Assembly: GCA_951406725.2 (NCBI GenBank)
Contig: OX597817.1
Coordinates: 65,782,001-65,846,000 of the forward strand
Direction of reading: 5' to 3'
Length of the DNA: 64,000 nucleotides
Source: Octopus vulgaris
Taxonomy: Eukaryota
Shown here piece by piece: positions 26,610 to 39,592 of the stretch. The notes under the pieces are model-generated. The model made no database searches. It saw only the letters and a list, made by a program, of their open reading frames with translations, and was not told the origin of the DNA. Every line of letters starts with the position of its first letter. Position 1 is the first letter of the stretch. A program made the translations under genes and the position numbers.

Positions 26610-27599
26610 GACATACAAGAAACAAACACAGAAAAAGCTAGGCGCATGAAAATCCGTGCCAAAACTGCGGCCTTAGATATTCTGAATAATAAATGGCAAG
26701 AAAAACCTCTCTATGGCAAATACCCAAAGAGAGCGAATAATGCAGATATCGACAAAGCCCTGACCCATCAATGGCTAATGGCCTCTGGCTTAAAATCTGA
26801 AACAGAAGGGTTTATCATAGCAGCTCAAGATCAATGCCTACCAACAAGAAACTAACAGGCCAACATATTAAAGAACGGCAGTAGCCCAACATGTCGTGTA
26901 TGCCGACAACAGAATGAAACCATTGACCATGTTGTCTCCAAATGCAGTCTTCTAGCGCCTACAGAGTACCTCAGTAGGCATGATAGAGCAGCACAATATA
27001 TTCACTGGGTAATTTGCAAAAACCTGGATTTGCCCCATGAAAAAACTGGTGGGAACACAATCCACCTCCTGTGCTTGAAAATGACCACATCTCACTCCTC
27101 TGGAACTTCACCATTCAAACTGACAGGAAGATAGATGCAAATAGGCCAGACATCATATTGAAAGACTTCAGACAAAGAACATGCCTCCTCATTGATATGA
27201 CTGTCCCAATCGATATAAACGTATCTGTCAAGACCTACCAAAAACTGAGCAAATATAAAGATCTTGAAATAGAAATCAGCAAAATGTGGAAGCTGAAGAC
27301 TAAAACAATACCTGCAGAAATTCAAAAGATAGTGCTCATGGGAACTGCTCATATCCTACGCAAAATACTCTCTATGTAATCCCAAGGTTTAAAACAAACT
27401 TTTTAAAAAAATTTTTAAATTTTTATTTATTTTAATTTTTTTTTGTTTTTATTTTTATTTTTATGTATTAGACATTCACTAGTACAACACCAAAAAAAAA
27501 AAACCAAATATATGGCACAGAACTTCTAACCTGTTGTCTCTTAAGGTCTCTGGGTGAGACTTGGAGCCAACTTGTACAGACATAAAGCAAAAGTCAAAC

Positions 27600-27601
<2 letters not shown>
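26609..27601 (+). mobile_element. R4/Dong-clade retrotransposon, TAA lineage, 5'-truncated
   Basis: WQEKPLYGKY, GLKSETEGFIIAAQDQCLPTRN, CRVCRQQNETIDHVVSKC (CCHC), YLSRHD, DANRPDIILKD..CLLIDMTVP (RLE), KLSKYKDLEIEI; (TAA)n on both sides. Confidence 0.92.
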
Positions 27602-27686
<85 letters not shown>

Positions 27687-28155
27687 TGGTAATGATAAAT
27701 TTGGGCCTAAGACACAATGATATAACAGAGACAAGGTAACTAGGATTAATACGAGTATTTTTGTCCGAGAAATGTTTTGCTAATAGAAGCTGAATTTCTG
27801 GTAGCGAGGCTTAACAGCAACAACAACATCTACGTGCTCACTCTACCTGCTAGGAATCGTAGTCAATCTCCTTCAAACAACATGCTACCGTTTAAGAAAA
27901 TAAAAGGAAAACATTTGATAATGTTAATCTGGGTTTTTTATGTCTAAAAAACAAAAAGAGGACAGGATACCTTTGATCTTCGATCATAGATCAGCTCACC
28001 AAAGTTGATCTGGGATGGAAAAAGAGCAAGCAAAAAACTCCATCAACAAGACAAAAGCGACAACAATAAAGGAAAGGCAGTACTTTCAACAATAACAACA
28101 CGTCTACTTGAATATATGCAATAGTAGCGATTGCCAACAACAATAATAATAATAA

Positions 28156-28535
28156 TCCTTTCAATTACAGGCACAAGACTGGTCATTCTGTTGGAAGGGG
28201 CTAGTCGATTACATCGATCCAGTTGCTCACCAGTACTTATTTTATTGACCTCAGGCGGCGAGCTAGCAGAATCGTTAGCACGCCGGGCGAAATGCTTCGC
28301 GGTATTTCGTCTGCTGTTACGTTGTGAGTTCAAATACCGCCGAGGTCGACTTTGCCTTTCATCCTTTCGGGGTCGATTAAATAAGTACCAGTTGCGCACT
28401 GGGGTCGATGTAATCGACTTAATCCCTTTGTCTGTCCTTGTTTGTCCACTCTATGTTTAGCCCCATGTGGGTAGTAAAGAAATACGTACTTATTTTATTG
28501 GCCTTCAAAAGGATGAAAGGGCCATGGTTGACCTC
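28156..28535 (-). mobile_element. Older SINE family C copy, split by a nested younger copy
   Basis: Halves at 28156-28251 and 28486-28535. Confidence 0.75.
28254..28484 (+). mobile_element. SINE family C, full length, nested, about 19-bp TSD
   Basis: GTACTTATTTTATTG(A/G)CCT at 28233-28251 and 28486-28504. Confidence 0.92.
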
Positions 28536-28829
28536 TTTTCATCCTTTCAGGGTCTATAAAATAAGTACCAGTTGAACAATAATAATAATAACAAAAACAT
28601 CAGAAGATGCAATGATAACAGTGCAAGTTGCATTAACGGCGGAAATGCAGCAGTGGCAGTTGCAAATTCTTCAATTGCACATACACAAGTATGGTAGCAG
28701 TGGTTGTAATTACACTAAGTAGAGTGATAATGGTAACAGCTGCAACAACAGCTACAACAACAGATGCAGCTGTTATTAGAGGAGCGGCGGCGGTTGATAG
28801 GTGCAAAAGTATTTATTGAATCAGTGAAT

Positions 28830-29925
28830 GCACCACCACCACTACCAACAACAACAACGACAACAACAAGCACCGTCGCTACAACTACAACCACCACCAG
28901 CACCACAACCGCCACTAATATCGCTAGCGCTCACTGACTCCACTGGCAGAAACCTCACGGTCTCCACCGCCGCCACCACCACTACCACCACTACTACTAC
29001 TACCACCACCACTATCACCTGCACACGACCACCGCTACCGTCCCTATTTCAACCACCACTAGCATTACTACAACTATGATCATAACCACCACCACCACCA
29101 CCACAACAACAACAACAACAACTACTACTACTACTAGCTTATCCCACGACCACAACAGCGACCACTACCACTATTACCTCTACAATCATTCACACCAACA
29201 TCACAACTGGCACAAATTCCTACCACCACATGTATTACCACTACCACCATTACTACCACAATCACTTCTATCAACACTGCCACCACTGCCACTACTACCA
29301 CTGCCACTGTCTCTACCACCAGTACTTCCACTACAGTCACTACCATCATAGCCCCGACCGATACTGTTACTACTGCCACTTCCACTACCTCCATTGCTAC
29401 TACCGCCACCACCACCACCACCAACAGCAACAACAACAACGAAATGCTGAGCAACAGTAGTAGTGGTAGGAGGGCATTAGAATAGTTGTAGGAGGGGTAT
29501 TGGAACAGTGGTAGTAGTATGAGTTGCATGGAAAACAGCTGGGAAGTAAAGGTAAACAACAACATTAAAAAACAACACCCAGAGTTGCAACAACTATGGT
29601 GTCAACAACAATAACAACAACAACTATCATGTCAACAACTGCGGTGTTAAGGGACAACTACAGTCCCAACAACGATACTGTCAACAACAACTATTTCCAT
29701 AAACTAGTCAACATCAACAACAACATCTAAAATGTCAACAACAGAATCAATAACGGCAATGACAAAAACAACAATAACTCTTAGAGTCAATAACAACAAA
29801 CGACAGTGTCAACAGCAACAAGAGTCAACAACGAGTATAACGTGCCAACAACTCACAACAACAACTACAGTGTCAACAGCAATAACTACGGCGTCAACAG
29901 TAGCTGTCAACAAACAACAATGACA
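28830..29925. repeat. Degenerate (ACC/ACT/AAC)n low-complexity tract
   Basis: Cryptic trinucleotide repeats; recurrent GTCAACAACAA motif from about 29600. Confidence 0.85.
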
Positions 29926-29928
29926 ATA

Positions 29929-30369
29929 CCCTTTTCTACTATAGGCACAAGGCCGGGAATTTTGGGGTCCAGTCGATTAGATCGACCCCAGTACTCAACT
30001 GGTACTTAATTTATCGACCCCGAAAGGATGAAAGGTAAAGTCGACTTCGGTGGAATTTGAACTCAGAATGTAGAGACAGACGAAATACCCGCAAAGCATT
30101 TCGCCCGGCGTGCTAACGTTTCTGCCAGCACACCACCTTAACAACAATGACAGTATCTTCTCTACTCTAATCACAAGGCCCGACATTTTGGGGGAGGGGT
30201 CCAGTCGATTAGATCGACCCCAGTACGCAACTGGTACTTAATTTATCGACCCCGAAAGGATGAAAGGCAAAGTCGGCCTCGGCTGAATTTGAACTCAGAA
30301 CGTAAAGACAGACGAAATACCCGCTAAGCATTTTGCCCGGCATGCTAACGTTTCTGCCAGCTCGCCGCC
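29929..30369 (-). mobile_element. Two tandem SINE family C copies
   Basis: 29929-30137 and 30156-30369, separated and flanked by AACAACAATGACA(A/G)TA. Confidence 0.9.
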
Positions 30370-30753
30370 TTAACAACAATGACAATATCAACAATGCAAC
30401 CACTGTGCTAACAACAATTACAGTGCCAACAATAACAGTAGTATCGACAGGAGTGTTAGCAACTATAATGTTAATCACAACAAAAGAGTCAACGAGTATA
30501 GTGTCAATAGCAACAAGTGTGTCAACAACAATGATAACGACGACGACGACGACAATGTTGATAATTACTAGTGTCAATAACAGCAATAGCAACAACGGCA
30601 TTGTCAACAACAGGAAGACCATGATGGGCGGGACGGAGCGATCCACATGTTCAGTGGATTTGTAGAAATATTAGCGATAATCCGCGGTTCACTACTCTTG
30701 AAAAGTTGAGGCAGTTATAATGTCGTAGATGTGAGGTTTGTCCGATTATAACA

Positions 30754-30984
30754 GCGGCGAGCTGGCAGAAACGTTAGCACGCCGGGCGAAATGCGTAGCC
30801 GTATTTCGTCTGCCGTTACGTTCTGAGTTCAAATTCCGGCGAGGTCGAATTTGCCTTTCATCCTTTCGGGGTCGATAAATTAAGTAGCAGTTACGCACTG
30901 GGGTCGATGTAATCGATTTAATCCGTTTGTCTGTAATTTGTTTGTCCCCTCTATGTTTAGCCCCTTGTGGGCAATAAAGAAACA
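30754..30984 (+). mobile_element. SINE family C, full length
   Basis: GCGGCGAGCTGGCAGAA head, GAGTTCAAATTCC B-box, tail AATAAAGAAA; TSD-like GATTAT(A/G)AC. Confidence 0.92.
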
Positions 30985-31749
30985 GATTATGACCGATTTT
31001 TGCTACAACAACAATAGCAACAACATCATCGACTATGATAATATCAATGACAGTGGCGACGAAGTATGACTTCAACAATGGTCAAAATCAACAATCAGAG
31101 ATCAACAATTGTAACAATAACAACGTCAATAACGTCACCAACACCACCGTAGTCAACAACAATAACAGCTACATTACTAACAGAAACAACGCTACCGCTG
31201 ACACCAGCAACATCAACACCAAGAACAAGACCAGCAGCAACACTTACAATAACTATATCAAACAACAACAACAATAGCAACACCCACCACTAACAACAAC
31301 AATAACAAGCCAACGAGTACGCCTGAACGTGGTCGCTCCAAATATTAAAGATAGCAGTCAAGTCTCCCTCAAATTACATCATAGAGTTTTCAAAAGAAAG
31401 AACAAACTAAATAATGAAGTCCAAAATGGCTGACGAAAATAATGACGAGATAGTCATGGTTGGAATACCTTTGATCATAGAAGTGCTCAACTGAGGTAAA
31501 TTTAAGGCTACACAACAATAAAAACACGAGTATCATTTATCCTTCTCCCAATCATCATCCACAGTACCATCGCCATCACCACTACCATAACAACCAAAAG
31601 CACCCCCCAATTTCATCACCATCATCATCATCATCATCATCAACCAATTGTAACAACAATAACAACAGCGCTAGAGAGAAAGAGGCTGGAACAGTTAGGG
31701 GATCTGAACTTTGACACGATTTCCAGTGTTAGCCAGTTCGGTGGTGAGA

Positions 31750-31787
31750 ACGGTTTGTTGACGTCATCAATGACGTCAAGAAACCGT
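31750..31787. promoter_or_regulatory. Tandem full CRE sites (TGACGTCA x2) inside a 38-bp palindrome
   Basis: ACGGTTTGTTGACGTCATCAATGACGTCAAGAAACCGT; the motif is seen directly, the function is inferred. Confidence 0.4.
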
Positions 31788-31969
31788 CGGAGTTATTAAA
31801 TATAGAGAAATATATACATACATACATATGTGTGTATGTATGTATGTATGTATGTATGTATGTATGTATGTATGTATGTATGTATGTATACATGCATGCA
31901 TGCGTGTGTGTGTGTGTGTTGTAGATACCTATCTAGTACACTCATATATTCATGTATATATACATATAA

Positions 31970-32009
<40 letters not shown>

Positions 32010-32119
32010 CGGGAAGGTTTTCGAAAATAAACAAAAGACGAAAATAAACAATATATATATATACATACATGCACGCGCGCACGCTCACACACAGAAGTAT
32101 GTATACATACGTACGTAGT

Positions 32120-32151
<32 letters not shown>

Positions 32152-32614
32152 TATTTATTTATTTACATGCATATCTTTCGCGTGTGTGTGCACGCGCGCA
32201 TACATATACACACAAATGCGCATGCGCGCACACTCACTCACATACAGACACATACACAAATACATTCATATGTAAACAGAAAGACTAAGAATGACTGATA
32301 GAAAACCACGAAAAGAAATTTGTTTAAGTAGATATACGTACCTGTGTGTGTGTGTCTGTTTATATATGTTGTGAATTTGTCTGACATCAGTTTTATCACA
32401 TTGGCATGTTCGTGAAAAAAACACTAGATTAATCCACATAGATAGAAAGAGGAACAATAGAAAGAAAGAAATATGCAAAGAGAGGGAAGAGAGAAGTAAA
32501 GAAAAATGTGTGAGGTAGCGTGTACGTGAGTGAGAGACAAAGTACGAGAGGGAGGGGATGTGTAAGAGAGTATATATATATATATATATGTCTGTGTGTG
32601 TGTGTGTGACAGAG

Positions 32615-32662
<48 letters not shown>

Positions 32663-32884
32663 ACAGAGAGATAGGCGAGAAATAAACTTAACGTAAAAGT
32701 GTGCCTGTTAACAAATATGAAATTTTCGATCTATGAAACCACACATTCTCACACACGCGCAACATTACATACATACATACATACATACATATATACATAC
32801 ATACATACGTAAATATATACATGCATGCATACAACCATACATACATATATACATATATATGTGTGTGTGTGTGTGTATACACAA

Positions 32885-32969
<85 letters not shown>

Positions 32970-33205
32970 GATATATATATACACAAATATTTATATATAT
33001 ATAGTATATATTATATATATATATAGTATATATGAGATATATATATATATACACTCACACACACAAATATATATGCTCACATGCTCATATATATGTACAT
33101 ACAATCTTATATGAATGCATATACGTGTGAGTATGTATGAAGGGAAAGAGAAATAAAAAGAGTTGAAGGAAAGGAATGAGATGAAGTGAGGAGTACGTGT
33201 GTATC

Positions 33206-33255
<50 letters not shown>

Positions 33256-33764
33256 GTGTGTATTTGTGTGTGTGTGTGTGCGTGCGCACGCTTGCCAGTG
33301 AGTTTGTGCATATGTATTTGCGTGTGTGTGATTGTGTGATCATATAGGTATTTGTTTCTGTGTATATGTGTATCCATGTTTACGTATGTCTACATGTATA
33401 TGCATATGCAAATGCAAATATATATGTGTATATATTGCTATGCATAAAACATCAATGAATACACGAAGAAGCAAATAAACAAATACAAGACTTAAAAGCA
33501 GAAATAAGCACGAGTAAACAAATAATTAAATCGATATTGGTGTTTGCTTCCGTTGCTGTTGTTGTTGTTGTTCTAATTATTTACTTGGCACCGAGTCCCT
33601 GAATTTAAAACTGAAGGTAAATAACAGGATGGAGGTGAAGTATGAGTGTGTGAAATGGTGGTGGTGTAACACTGTGCTGTTCATCTTTTTCTAAGGGCCT
33701 TCTAATCATAAGCGAAGTTAAAAAAAAGACTAACTCATCGCCAAGTAGCCCGGGGCAACGGCGG

Positions 33765-34390
33765 CGCTTGAGGCAATGAGGTGGAACTTGAGCCAGCGAT
33801 GAGAGTTTGAGCCCAGAAAGGAGGTTAAGCCAGTGATGAGAACTTAAAAGCCAACGAGAGAGCTTATGCTAATCACAAAGCCAACAAGGGAGTGTGAGCC
33901 AATGAGAGGAGCTTCAGTTGACGAAGATGATTGAGTGATTGAGTGATATTGAGCCAACGATAGTAATTAATCCAGTGATAGGTACAGAGCGAGCGAGCGA
34001 GTCTGAACTAAGGAAAAGAGACTGAGTCAACGGGGGAGACTTGAACAACAAGATAATTTGAGCTGATAAGAGGCAACATGAACGAATGGGAGAAGCTTTT
34101 ACTAATAAGAAACTTGAACGACTGTGAGGAGTTTGAATGAGTTTAAGTCAATAGCCCCTCGTTTTGACTCAAGATGCTCTTACTTTGACTCAAGCACCTC
34201 TCATTCGTTCGAGCTCTTCAATGAACAAATTACTGCAAGATATTTTGAACAAATGAGCGGTACTTGATTCAAAAGGGAAGTTGAGACAAACGAGGGAACT
34301 TAGAACAACACGAAGTTATGAATCAACTTAGCAGGTTTGAATTATTAAAGGAATCTAAGCCAGTGAGGAAACTGAGCCAACGATGAACGT
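33765..34390 (+). repeat. Degenerate minisatellite, unit about 18-21 bp (TTGAGCCAACGAGRRRARC-like), with an inverted internal block
   Basis: Recurring TTGAGCCA/TTGAACNA phase; 34150-34220 reads in the opposite orientation (CCCTCGTTTTGACTCAA). Confidence 0.7.
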
Positions 34391-34669
34391 ATTGTAGTAC
34401 GAGAAACGTGTATATGAATAAAGGGTGGATTAGTCACAGCTGGAGTGTGACTAATTAAAATTTACTCAATTAAAATTGGCCTGGGATTAACAACACCTGG
34501 TCTTTAGATGTCTTTCGTGAATGGAGCAGAATCAAGCAGAGTTGCTAGAAATAGCAACTCGACACAGCAATTTACAATGAGGACACAGACACTCATACAC
34601 ACATATGCCACATATACATATTTGTTTACATACATACATAAGAAGATACCTCTATGCTGCGCTCAGCCT

Positions 34670-35370
34670 ACTAGTATCAGCAGTCAAATCTCCCGCAGAT
34701 CACTATCTCAAAGCTCTGAGTCAACTTTACCTTTCGTTCTTTTGTGGGTGATAAAAAAGTACCAAACGAGTGCAATGGATTATTGAAACTGTAAAAACTT
34801 GCGGCATTTTTTCCTACCCTTCCCGTTCTGAATTCAAATGCGCCGTGCCCTAATTGGGTAGTTGATTTAATTCGTCGCCTGTTCAATACCACCACCTGGC
34901 ACCGTGGGTTCCTTTAGTGGAGCCCACTCAGTCGCAATCATTTGGACCAGTTCTCCGGTCTGATGATAACTTCTTTCCTCTTCCTCCTTCACACTGGTCG
35001 CTGCGGCCCTATGAAGGATTATGGACACAACCTTTCTACTATACTAAGAATTTAAAAACTCAGAACGTAAAGAATTGGAACGAGGCATTTTCCGACACTT
35101 CAACGATTCTGACAATCTACCGTTCTTGCACTCATTATGATAAAATTCTAACATAAGCGGAAGATCCAGAAATTTGGGGAGTCGGAGCAGTCGATTAAAT
35201 CACCTCTAGTACCTGACTGGTACTTCATTTTATTGACTCCAGAAGAATTAAAAGCAAAAATGTTTCTCAGTGAGATTTGAACACAAAACATAAAGTGTCG
35301 AAACAAGCACAGCAAGTGATTTCATGTTGTCGTCCGATATAATCAACTGATTGTGCCAATCATCTGCCTC
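34670..35370. mobile_element. Several highly diverged SINE family C fragments, both strands
   Basis: GTCAACTTTACCTTTCGTTCTTT..GATAAAAAAGTACCA; AACTCAGAACGTAAAG; AGTCGATTAAATC..CTGGTACTT. Confidence 0.55.
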
Positions 35371-35621
35371 ACTTATTCTCATTGAATAAATAGACACTAG
35401 CCTTTCTTTTTTTTTTCCTTTTTTTGAAGAGAACAAGGCATTGGAGTAGAAGAAACAGTGTGCCCATAATATTTGCATGCCGTTCTAGATTAGGGTTAGT
35501 CATTCATTTAAAGTCCAGGTCAAATATTTCCCTCAAGAACGTGGACTGTGAACAAGGAAAAGGGGCAGATACTGTGATTTTCATGCCTTTTATGGAATTC
35601 GTAGTCTTAAATGAAACACGT

Positions 35622-35815
35622 ATGCATGCATACATACATACATACATACATACATACATACATACATACATACATGCATACATGCATACATACATACATA
35701 CATACATACATACATACATACATACATACATACATACATACATACATACATACATACATACATACGTACATACATATATGCATGCATATATATGTCTGCG
35801 TGCATGCATGTATAT
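35622..35815. repeat. (TACA)n microsatellite without an R4 insertion
   Basis: Directly visible. Confidence 0.95.
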
Positions 35816-36084
35816 ATGAAAGATAAGACATGACAATCTTGAAAAGATATTTAGTTACATTATCTTCACATACATTAATACAAGATTGATTATTAGTCAT
35901 GTAATATAAATTAAGCAAACAAGACTTACTGTCAAATCGTCAGAAACGTGTAACTATCATACGTAACTTTATTGGATTGTAAGAATGTTGACAGAATCAA
36001 AGGCGTGGAGATAGCAAACAACTTTATTCAATTAACTCAGTGAAATAGTTATATTTAGTATTAAATGAGGAAATCTGCACAAAA

Positions 36085-36158
36085 TAAATAATAAAACGGA
36101 GGATGTAGACAAGAGATTAAATAATAAAACGGAGGATGTAGACAAGAGATTAAATAAT
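36085..36158. repeat. Perfect 33-bp tandem duplication
   Basis: TAAATAATAAAACGGAGGATGTAGACAAGAGAT twice plus TAAATAAT. Confidence 0.95.
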
Positions 36159-36480
36159 GTCAGAGAGATTCTTGATGGAGGTAACATTTCATCTTCTGAT
36201 TAATGGGTGAATTGAGTAGTTTTATCAAGGGTGCTCGCAGCTAAAAAGTAGCGACTGATGTATATTGTCCGGTCGTCTGTATAATATATAATATATATAA
36301 TATATATTATATATTATATATTATATATATTATATATTATATATATATATAATATTATATATATATATATAGTATATATATGTATATATATTATATATAT
36401 ACTATATATATATATGTATATGTGTGTGTATATGTGTATGTGTATACATATGTATATATATATTTATATATATATATATA

Positions 36481-36893
36481 CTCTTTACTCGTTTACTCTT
36501 TTACTTGTTTCAGTCATTTGACTGCGGCCATGCTGGAGCACCGCCTTTAGTCGAGCAAATCGACCCCGGGACTTATTCTTTGTAAGCCTGGTACTTATTC
36601 TATCGGTCTCTTTTTGCCGAACCGCTAAGTGACGGGGACGTAAACACACCAGCATCGGTTGTCAAGCAATGCTAGGGGGACAAACACAGACACACAAACA
36701 TACACATACATATATATATATACATATATACGACAGGCTTCTTTCAGTTTCCGTCTACCAAATCCACTCAAAAGGCATTGGTCGGCCCGAGGCTATAGCA
36801 GAAGACATTTGCCCAAGATGCCACGCAGTGAGACTGAACCCGAAACCATGTGGTTGGTTAGCAAGCTACTTACCACACAGCCACTCCTGCGCC
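36481..36893 (-). mobile_element. SINE family A, full length
   Basis: Head GGCGCAGGAGTGGCTGTGTGGTAAG, B-box GGGTTCAGTC, CORE-like CTTGGGCAA, tail (GAGTAAA)n; inserted in TA-rich DNA. Confidence 0.93.
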
Positions 36894-36903
36894 TATATAT
36901 ATA

Positions 36904-37059
<156 letters not shown>

Positions 37060-37372
37060 CACATACACACACATATGAATATAGCAATTAAGTTTGGGTG
37101 TTAACTTTGCAGTTTGCCTTACAAAACCATAAAATGGTACGAAGGGTGAATTTATATTTATTTAACCACGTGACATCCATTGGATTACGGCCGTCCTGTA
37201 ACTTTCTTCATGTAGTTTTAATTTCAATGTGAAAGAGATTATGCGTACATGTTTGCGTTAATAAGCACGCTCAGCATTATACAATTGAGTTCTATATTCA
37301 CAAATTAATGTAATTAAAGAAAGCTAGCTCATCAGATCACCAGAATATCATGGTTACAGCCACAATTCAACC

Positions 37373-37631
37373 CTGCGTGTTGTGTTCCCTAGCAAGACAC
37401 TTTATTTCACGTTGCTCCAGTTCACTCAGCTGTAGAAATGAGTTGCGACGTCACAGGTGCCAAGCTCTATCGGCCTTTGCCTTTCCCTTGGATAACACTG
37501 GTGGCGTGGAGAGGGGAGGCCGGTACGCATGGGCGACTGCTGGTCTTCCATAAACAACCTTGCTCGGACTTGTGCCTGGGAGGGCAACTTCCTAGGTGGA
37601 ATCCCTCGGTCAGTCATGACTGAAGGGGTCT
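37373..37631 (+). mobile_element. SINE family B, 5'-truncated
   Basis: Matches 5490-5750. Confidence 0.85.
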
Positions 37632-37837
37632 CAGTATATATATATATATACAATGTATGGAAGACCGAAACAGTACAACATTAGATTGATATAGTCAGTA
37701 AAAGTGAAGACATGTTGCTTCATATCAATTAAGTTAAAGTACTAGATAGAAATTTATGTAGTTGTCTATCCTTAATGTGATAACCGCACGATTCTTAGAA
37801 TCCACATCTTTACAACTAATTTATATGCATATAATCA

Positions 37838-37929
<92 letters not shown>

Positions 37930-38099
37930 AAGAGAATCTACCTTTCTATTCACAACCTTCGCAAAGACTAAACGTGCTTATACTGTCTCCTTCATAAGCT
38001 CGTTTTCCTAAGCGTTCATAATAATAATGTTTCTATCGTCTTGGCTTACCAGCTCTCACCGTTTGTTTTTACTGTTTTGTTCTCACTGTCCTGTTCTTG

Positions 38100-38445
38100 T
38101 TACCACTTTCACCCTCCGCAAAAAATCCCAAATTTTATTTAATTTGCTTTGCGGCAAGGATTGTTTCAACGAAGTCGCGTCTTGTCCTTGCCTTCGAAAT
38201 GTGGAGTAGTTGAAACAGGGACAACTGAAGAAGGGGAATATTCTTTATGTTGTATGTCTCGTTCTCTGTTTGTTTATTTCCGTTGTTCGAAAAACAGTTC
38301 GTTTCTATGTTTTTGTTTTTATGTTTTCGTTTCTCGTTGTGTTCAACGTTTTTTTAATGTCCTGTACCCATATATGCATGTATATATACATATATATGTA
38401 GGTATGTACATATATGTATGTATATATGCATATATTTATATATTA

Positions 38446-38455
<10 letters not shown>
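38100..38455 (+). mobile_element. Penelope-type pLTR-like non-coding repeat
   Basis: Matches 21170-21420. Confidence 0.6.
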
Positions 38456-38512
<57 letters not shown>

Positions 38513-38527
38513 TATATATATATATGC

Positions 38528-38580
<53 letters not shown>

Positions 38581-38941
38581 GTGATCATATATCACTCCGG
38601 AGTCCGACGCGGAATAGCTCGACACATAAAAAAAAAAACCAACCCCCACTAACTATAGTGCATATATGTTTGTGCACAAAAACATTTTACCATCTAATTT
38701 CCTGGACCAATTGGTTTCTGATTTTAGTTTAGCAAGTAAATAACTTATACTCGGGAGGTGAAATCGCTTTCAACAGGGACACCTTAGAATTATATATATA
38801 AACACGAGGCGATCAACTATGTGCCTCTTGTTTATACATCCTAATTTTGTCAACATCTACTGCGCAGGCGCAGTCCTTCACCGGCAATAAAAAAATGCCA
38901 ACTTTTAAAAATCGAAAATTATCCAAACACTTATAATATTT

Positions 38942-39142
38942 AATTATATCAAAGAGAAATGGAAATTAATAGAAATTTTCATTTCCAGTGGCCTAGCGTG
39001 TAAAAAATTAGTCCAAAGACTATGTATTACTCATAAAATACTGTATTTTATGACTAATACATAGTCTTTGGACTACATTTTTACACGCTAGGCCACTGGA
39101 AATGAAAATTTCTATTAATTTCCATTTCCCTTTGATATGATT
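38942..39142. repeat. Near-perfect 201-bp palindrome
   Basis: About 100-bp arms centred on 39042 (TCATAAAATAC-T-GTATTTTATGA), only a handful of mismatches. Confidence 0.95.
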
Positions 39143-39158
39143 GAATATATATATATAT

Positions 39159-39554
39159 TCTTTACTCTTTACTCTTTTACTTGTTTCAGTCATTCGACTG
39201 CGGCCATGCTGGAGCACCGCCTTTAATCGAGCAACTTGACTTGTTCTTTGTAAGCCCAGTACTTATTCTATCGGTCTCTTTTGCCGAACCGCTAAGTGAC
39301 GGGGACATAAACACACCAGCATTGGTTGTCAAGCAATGCTAGGGGGACAAACATAGACACACAAACACACACACGCATATATATATATATACATATATAC
39401 GACGGGCTTCTTTCAGTTTCCGTCTACCAAATCCACTCACAAGGCTTTGGTCGGCCCGAGGCTACAGTAGAAGACACTTGCCCAAGGTGCCATGCAGTGG
39501 GACTGAACCCGGAACCATGTGGTTGGTAAACAAGCTACTTACCACACAGCCACT

Positions 39555-39555
<1 letters not shown>
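39159..39555 (-). mobile_element. SINE family A, near full length
   Basis: High similarity to 36481-36893 and 55691-56154. Confidence 0.93.

Positions 39556-39592
<37 letters not shown>

Noticed and set aside
26090-26855. Long poly-Ile/Leu/Thr/Met ORFs, one fused in frame to the Dong-like fragment
   Set aside because: A trinucleotide array that is open by chance; the fused part is a truncated retrotransposon with downstream stops.
28828-31283. Mucin-like Thr/Asn/Gln-rich ORFs
   Set aside because: Degenerate trinucleotide DNA interrupted by SINEs, with no consistent frame or splice structure.
33765-34390. CRISPR-like repeat-spacer appearance
   Set aside because: Units are short, degenerate and contiguous, with no unique 30-40 bp spacers or cas genes, and the context is eukaryotic.
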